DNA of 29,438 nt from a virus (Duplodnaviria > Caudoviricetes). The DNA lies in IMG/VR virus record IMGVR_UViG_3300027747_000354, positions 1 through 29,438 of that record. One strand, written 5' to 3'. Shown one piece after another: positions 25,776 through 29,438 of the stretch. Below the pieces are notes generated by a model. That model ran no database searches, was not told the DNA's origin, and saw only the letters and a program-made list of their open reading frames with translations. The translations under genes and the position numbers were made by a program. Every line of letters begins with the position of its first letter. Position 1 is the first letter of the stretch.

Positions 25776-25970
25776 TCAAACTGCTTTCTTTCTACGTGGT
25801 TTAAGGGAGGCAATCCCTCCGTCCTGTTCTGGGCGTCGAGCCTTCATCATTTCATCGGCAATGAGATAACAATCACGGGCGTCTTCCGCTTCCTCATCGC
25901 GACGCCATGCCATCTTAAGCATGGCAAACATCGCGGCTAAATCCCGCAGATTGGATTCGTGCTCAGTCAT
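25776..25970 (-). CDS. Hypothetical protein (64 aa), divergent LRD..A..AM...Y.IADEMMKAR family member
   Basis: ATGA-coupled to the upstream gene. Shares its pattern with 25362..25574. Confidence 0.75.
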   Translation of the reverse strand: MTEHESNLRDLAAMFAMLKMAWRRDEEAEDARDCYLIADEMMKARRPEQDGGIASLKPRRKKAV

Positions 25971-26599
25971 TTAGCGCCAAGCTCTCGATTGAGATACCAC
26001 AGGGCTTTTTCAAGGTCTTGCTTGCGGTTGCCCTTTAAATCAGCGCGAGTAATGTACTTCACCACGTTACCCAAGTTGTAGTTCAACTTCTTGGCTTCGA
26101 TAAAGTCAATTGTCTCAATCCCGCCCGCTTTGTAGTGCGGTGGGTGGTTGACTGGATCAGCTTGCGGCTCAATCATTTCAATCTGGCTGCTCTGCATACG
26201 CTGTTTTGGTTTGTTAAGGTTTGCAACGAGGCGTGAAACTTGTTCGTCAGTCAAATTTGTAATGTCGTCTTTGGCAATGGTCACACCTAAAAATTTTCTC
26301 ATCTCTGGTTTATCAAACGGTTGAATGGGGGGATTCGCGCCTATTTTTCTTATGACGTCTTCAATAACTTTGGGGCTCAGATTGAGACGGCTATCTTCAT
26401 AGACAGGGTCGTTGGGGTAAACGTGCCGTGCAATCGCGGCTTTATTTTTCTCCAAATAATTTTTAAAAAATTGACTGCGCACAACGTATACATACGCAAC
26501 TGAAGTACCCACTATCTTGGCAATCTCTTTAGATGACCTGTTTAGGTCTTTGTTTAACAGTTCGAGAATTTTGCTTGTGATGCTTTGCTTTTTAGCCAT
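25967..26599 (-). CDS. N-terminal HTH fused to a DUF3310 (T7 gp1.7/SaV-like) domain (210 aa, start moved to ATG 26599)
   Basis: SSKEIAKIVGTSVAYVYVVR HTH. DPVNHPPHY...IETID...GNVVKY..R...K...QDLEKALWYL is the DUF3310 signature. AAGGA SD. Confidence 0.85.
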   Translation of the reverse strand: MAKKQSITSKILELLNKDLNRSSKEIAKIVGTSVAYVYVVRSQFFKNYLEKNKAAIARHVYPNDPVYEDSRLNLSPKVIEDVIRKIGANPPIQPFDKPEMRKFLGVTIAKDDITNLTDEQVSRLVANLNKPKQRMQSSQIEMIEPQADPVNHPPHYKAGGIETIDFIEAKKLNYNLGNVVKYITRADLKGNRKQDLEKALWYLNRELGAK

Positions 26600-26600
26600 T

Positions 26601-27269
26601 TTATTTTCCTTGGTTGTGGACACATGATGTAACCGGGCACCAGCCACGGCACGTAAAGTTAGGCTTTGCATTCCAGATGTCGTTTTCAACCGACGACTGC
26701 AACTGCCCAACATCTGAAACCCACTGACCCCAAGTTGCTTCTTGGTCATCAGCGTGGTACTCAGCCTTGATAAAGTCATCAGCGAACAGGAACATCAAGC
26801 CCGCTTTAACTTTCTTAACTTGCGGGAAGTGCTTAAAGATCGCAAGCGACAGCACCTCCAATTGTTTGAGGTCAGCGTACTGACTCTTCTTGCCCGTCTT
26901 GTAGTCGATGGTCAGAGCGCGATCGCCTTGCAAGATAATGATGTCGGCAATGCCACGCCACCAGACCTTCTTGTCAAAAAACCCGCACGGCTCAAGGTCA
27001 GCGGTCAGGCCCAGTTTGTTCTCGCACAGCTTGTCGCCTTGCATGGCTTTGATGGACGCAAGTGCTGGCTCAATCTCTTTGTGTTCGTCTGGAATAGGAA
27101 CATCCTTGGCAACGTATTCTTCCGCAATCTTATGAATTTTGTTGCCAAACATCATCGCTTCGCCCGGCGGCTCAACAACGTCCTTGGCTATCTTGAGGTG
27201 ATAGTACTTCTTAGGGCACTGCTGATACAGCGACAGTGTGCTGTACGACCATGTGATGGGTTTACTCAT
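26601..27269 (-). CDS. PD-(D/E)XK Cas4/RecB-like exonuclease (222 aa)
   Basis: WSYS...QCP, FGNKIH, CE, GIADI, IDYKTG, QL, and C-terminal CRGWCPVTSC (1+3 Cys). TAATG overlap with the polymerase stop, GGAG SD. Confidence 0.9.
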   Translation of the reverse strand: MSKPITWSYSTLSLYQQCPKKYYHLKIAKDVVEPPGEAMMFGNKIHKIAEEYVAKDVPIPDEHKEIEPALASIKAMQGDKLCENKLGLTADLEPCGFFDKKVWWRGIADIIILQGDRALTIDYKTGKKSQYADLKQLEVLSLAIFKHFPQVKKVKAGLMFLFADDFIKAEYHADDQEATWGQWVSDVGQLQSSVENDIWNAKPNFTCRGWCPVTSCVHNQGK

Positions 27270-29098
27270 TAACAATCTCCATAATTTCGAGCCATGCCGG
27301 ACTCACAATTGAGAGGCAACCCTTGCGCCCATGCAGGGGGAGTCCTCATACATTCTTCAATATAGGCGCGGGCTTCATCGGCTTCGCTTTCATGTACTAC
27401 GCAAGCAATAGCGTCGTGCACGGTCAGCGCCACCCGATACCGTTTTTCGATCTGAATCATCTGCTCGCCGATAATGCAACGGGCCACCGCTTGGCAGAGG
27501 TTCTCCGCAATCTTGCCGCCGTACAATTTGTTCGGCCCCATGCGCGTCATGTAGGTAAACTCACCGTTGCTGTGGCGGGTCAGTTCAGGGTAGTTTTGAT
27601 ACAGCCCGTTGGGTAACAGGATGCCCGTGAACGGTGACAACTGCATGAGGCCCACCGAGTCAATATCCGACGGCTTGTTCTGGATCATGTTAGCCATCAC
27701 TGTGGTAGTCAACCAATTCCACCACTCCGAAATAAACGGGTTGGCCGCACGATACGCTTTAATGATGTGCTTACACGTATCAAGATCAACGTCCTTGCCC
27801 ATCGACGCCAACTGCATCTGAAACTTAACAGCGCCCATGCCGTACCCTGCGCCAAGCACTGTGGTCTTGCCGATGAAACGTTGATCTGCCGTTACCTCGT
27901 TCTCCGGTATGTAAAAAATCGCGCTGGCCATGTGCTTGTACACATCCTTCTTCTCAGCAAACAAACGCAGAATAGTTCTCTCGCCCGCCAGCCACGCCAA
28001 CACACGCGCTTCAATCTGAGACGAATCGCAGTCGATGATGACATGCCCGCGAGGTGCAACCAAACACCGCTTGAGTTTGCCGCCCTCCGCGCCACGGCTC
28101 GGTAAGTTTTGCAAGTTGATCTTGTCAGACCCGCCCCACCGCCCAGTGTGCGCCGCATAGTATTTCAAAGGAATAGGTAGACGGCGAAGAGCGCCAACGA
28201 TTGGACCGCGCTTGGAAATGGCGATAAATCTTTCGGTACGGGTTTCCTCAAGCGTAGACTTTGCACCAACACGGGCAGCAACCAACGCCTGTACGTACTC
28301 GTTGTCGTGTTCCAACAGCGCCGTAAACTCCTTATCACTCTTGGCGAAAGCATAGGTTTCTTTGCCCGTAGCCGGGCTGATCTTCATCGGCGGCCTAACG
28401 CCCTGTTGTACCAGCAGTTCCGCAAACTTTGCACTGCTGTTGAGTACGTCCTTGGTGATGTTGGCATCCTTAAACAGTTTTGCTTTGCGCTCACGCACCT
28501 CGATCAAATGCTGTTCAAGCTTGTCGGTATCCAGTTCAAGCAACGGATCACTGAACATACGGAGGGTGATGTCAATGAGCCGCTTCTCGGACACGGGGAA
28601 CCCACTGTTCAATTCTTTGTACAACTTGTACGTCAGGTCAACGTCATTGATGCAGTAGCCCGCATACTGCGCCAGATGCTCGGGCGTAAAGTCCTCACGC
28701 CGAAACCCCTTGGCATCATCAACCTCTGTGCCCTTTGCACCCAGACCAAAGTGTTCCACCAATGCACGGAGGCTACCGCCCACCTGTGTACCGAACGTAG
28801 CACGAGCCATCGACAGGGTGTCGAGCCACGCCTTGGGTTTCTGCCCAAACACCCATGTCAGGATGGCGGCGTCGAACATAGCGTTATGGGCTAACACGAA
28901 GTGGTTGCACCAATCAAATTGGGCGATCCACTCAGCCGTTTCTTGATGGTCACCGGAAAACCATTCGGTTGGCTCGTCGTTCACCTTGACCGCCAGCCCA
29001 ATCACTTGAAACTGCGGATCGCGCACGTACTCCTCAGTCGTTACTTTGGTGAGCGAGAAGTCCTTGGAGTAGAACGTCTCGAAGTCGAGCGTAATCAT
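27269..29098 (-). CDS. polA: Family A DNA polymerase with 3'-5' exonuclease (609 aa, start moved to ATG 29098)
   Basis: ExoI LDFET, ExoII HNAMFD, ExoIII YCINDV, HTGRW, NLQNLP, motif A DSSQIEAR, motif B RFIGKTTVLGAGYG, motif C TVHDA. ATGA overlap with the upstream gene. Confidence 0.95.
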   Translation of the reverse strand: MITLDFETFYSKDFSLTKVTTEEYVRDPQFQVIGLAVKVNDEPTEWFSGDHQETAEWIAQFDWCNHFVLAHNAMFDAAILTWVFGQKPKAWLDTLSMARATFGTQVGGSLRALVEHFGLGAKGTEVDDAKGFRREDFTPEHLAQYAGYCINDVDLTYKLYKELNSGFPVSEKRLIDITLRMFSDPLLELDTDKLEQHLIEVRERKAKLFKDANITKDVLNSSAKFAELLVQQGVRPPMKISPATGKETYAFAKSDKEFTALLEHDNEYVQALVAARVGAKSTLEETRTERFIAISKRGPIVGALRRLPIPLKYYAAHTGRWGGSDKINLQNLPSRGAEGGKLKRCLVAPRGHVIIDCDSSQIEARVLAWLAGERTILRLFAEKKDVYKHMASAIFYIPENEVTADQRFIGKTTVLGAGYGMGAVKFQMQLASMGKDVDLDTCKHIIKAYRAANPFISEWWNWLTTTVMANMIQNKPSDIDSVGLMQLSPFTGILLPNGLYQNYPELTRHSNGEFTYMTRMGPNKLYGGKIAENLCQAVARCIIGEQMIQIEKRYRVALTVHDAIACVVHESEADEARAYIEECMRTPPAWAQGLPLNCESGMARNYGDC

Positions 29099-29436
29099 TT
29101 GTAGTTTTCCGCGCTTTGGTAGATGGCGCGGGGGTCGGTGTACACGGTGTTTTGGACGGCGTTCTGCCCCGGCACTGCGCCGTTCCACATAGCCGTTGTC
29201 ATTTTGGAAATAATTTGTTCAGCCTTATCACGTTCATCTTCCTGATTGAGCACGATGCACATGGCCTTATCCAAGGTCTTAGCCCGTTCGTATTTAGCCA
29301 ATCCCTGCTTAAGCAAGTACCGTTCGTATCGCGTCAGATTGTCCACGTGTATCAACGATTCAATTTTCCTTCGGGAACTACTATCAAGGGCCGCGCCCTC
29401 GTTGTCAATCTTCTCTAACAAAGCTTTGATTTGATC
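29095..29436 (-). CDS. Hypothetical protein, 5'-truncated by the window edge
   Basis: Frame is open to the end of the window (DQIKALLEKID...). Its stop overlaps the polymerase ATG. Confidence 0.7.
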   Translation of the reverse strand, partial: DQIKALLEKIDNEGAALDSSSRRKIESLIHVDNLTRYERYLLKQGLAKYERAKTLDKAMCIVLNQEDERDKAEQIISKMTTAMWNGAVPGQNAVQNTVYTDPRAIYQSAENYK

Positions 29437-29438
29437 GG

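Noticed and set aside
26601-27269. Cas4-like gene as evidence of a CRISPR-Cas system
   Set aside because: No cas1, cas2 or array; solo Cas4-like nucleases are routine in phage replication modules.
27269-29098. Intein or intron in the polymerase, helicase or primase
   Set aside because: ORFs are continuous, of ordinary length, and show no splicing or LAGLIDADG motifs.
29099-29188. Longer ORF-track start for the polymerase (similarly 26779, 25813, 25479 and 24353 for other genes)
   Set aside because: The extensions overlap upstream genes, while downstream ATGs generally show ATGA/TAATG coupling or an SD.
18455-29434. Numerous + strand ORFs opposite the replication genes
   Set aside because: Antisense shadows of motif-supported genes.

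Overview
29.4-kb fragment of a tailed dsDNA phage (Caudoviricetes, podovirus-like) with two convergent arms meeting at an intrinsic terminator near 17.55 kb. The + arm (1-17.5 kb) holds a 5'-truncated metallophosphoesterase, a probable tail nozzle/stabilisation protein and four large low-complexity proteins typical of internal virion/DNA-ejection cargo. The last of these is 2351 aa and carries a zincin HExxH motif. The - arm (17.6-29.4 kb) is a replication module: family A DNA polymerase (Leu762 type), Cas4-like nuclease, HTH-DUF3310 fusion, a chain of small translationally coupled ORFs, HNH-like protein, SNF2 helicase, Gam-like coiled coil, Cys4 SSB-like protein, Cro-like HTH and a primase-DUF927 helicase. 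No integrase, tRNA, rRNA, CRISPR array or RNA polymerase motif was seen. The best leads are: (i) a recurrent double-glycine motif in three consecutive cargo proteins next to a zincin-bearing giant protein that also has duplicated QxxLF clamp-type motifs; (ii) a lone antisense, self-promoted, very acidic 68-aa protein (DNA-mimic candidate); (iii) an sRNA-like 3'-terminal element complementary to several of the phage's own ribosome-binding sites; (iv) a structured, possibly switchable leader before the primase; (v) unannotated micro-ORFs and 17-bp junction repeats in the accessory cluster. All family calls come from motif recognition by eye, not database searches.
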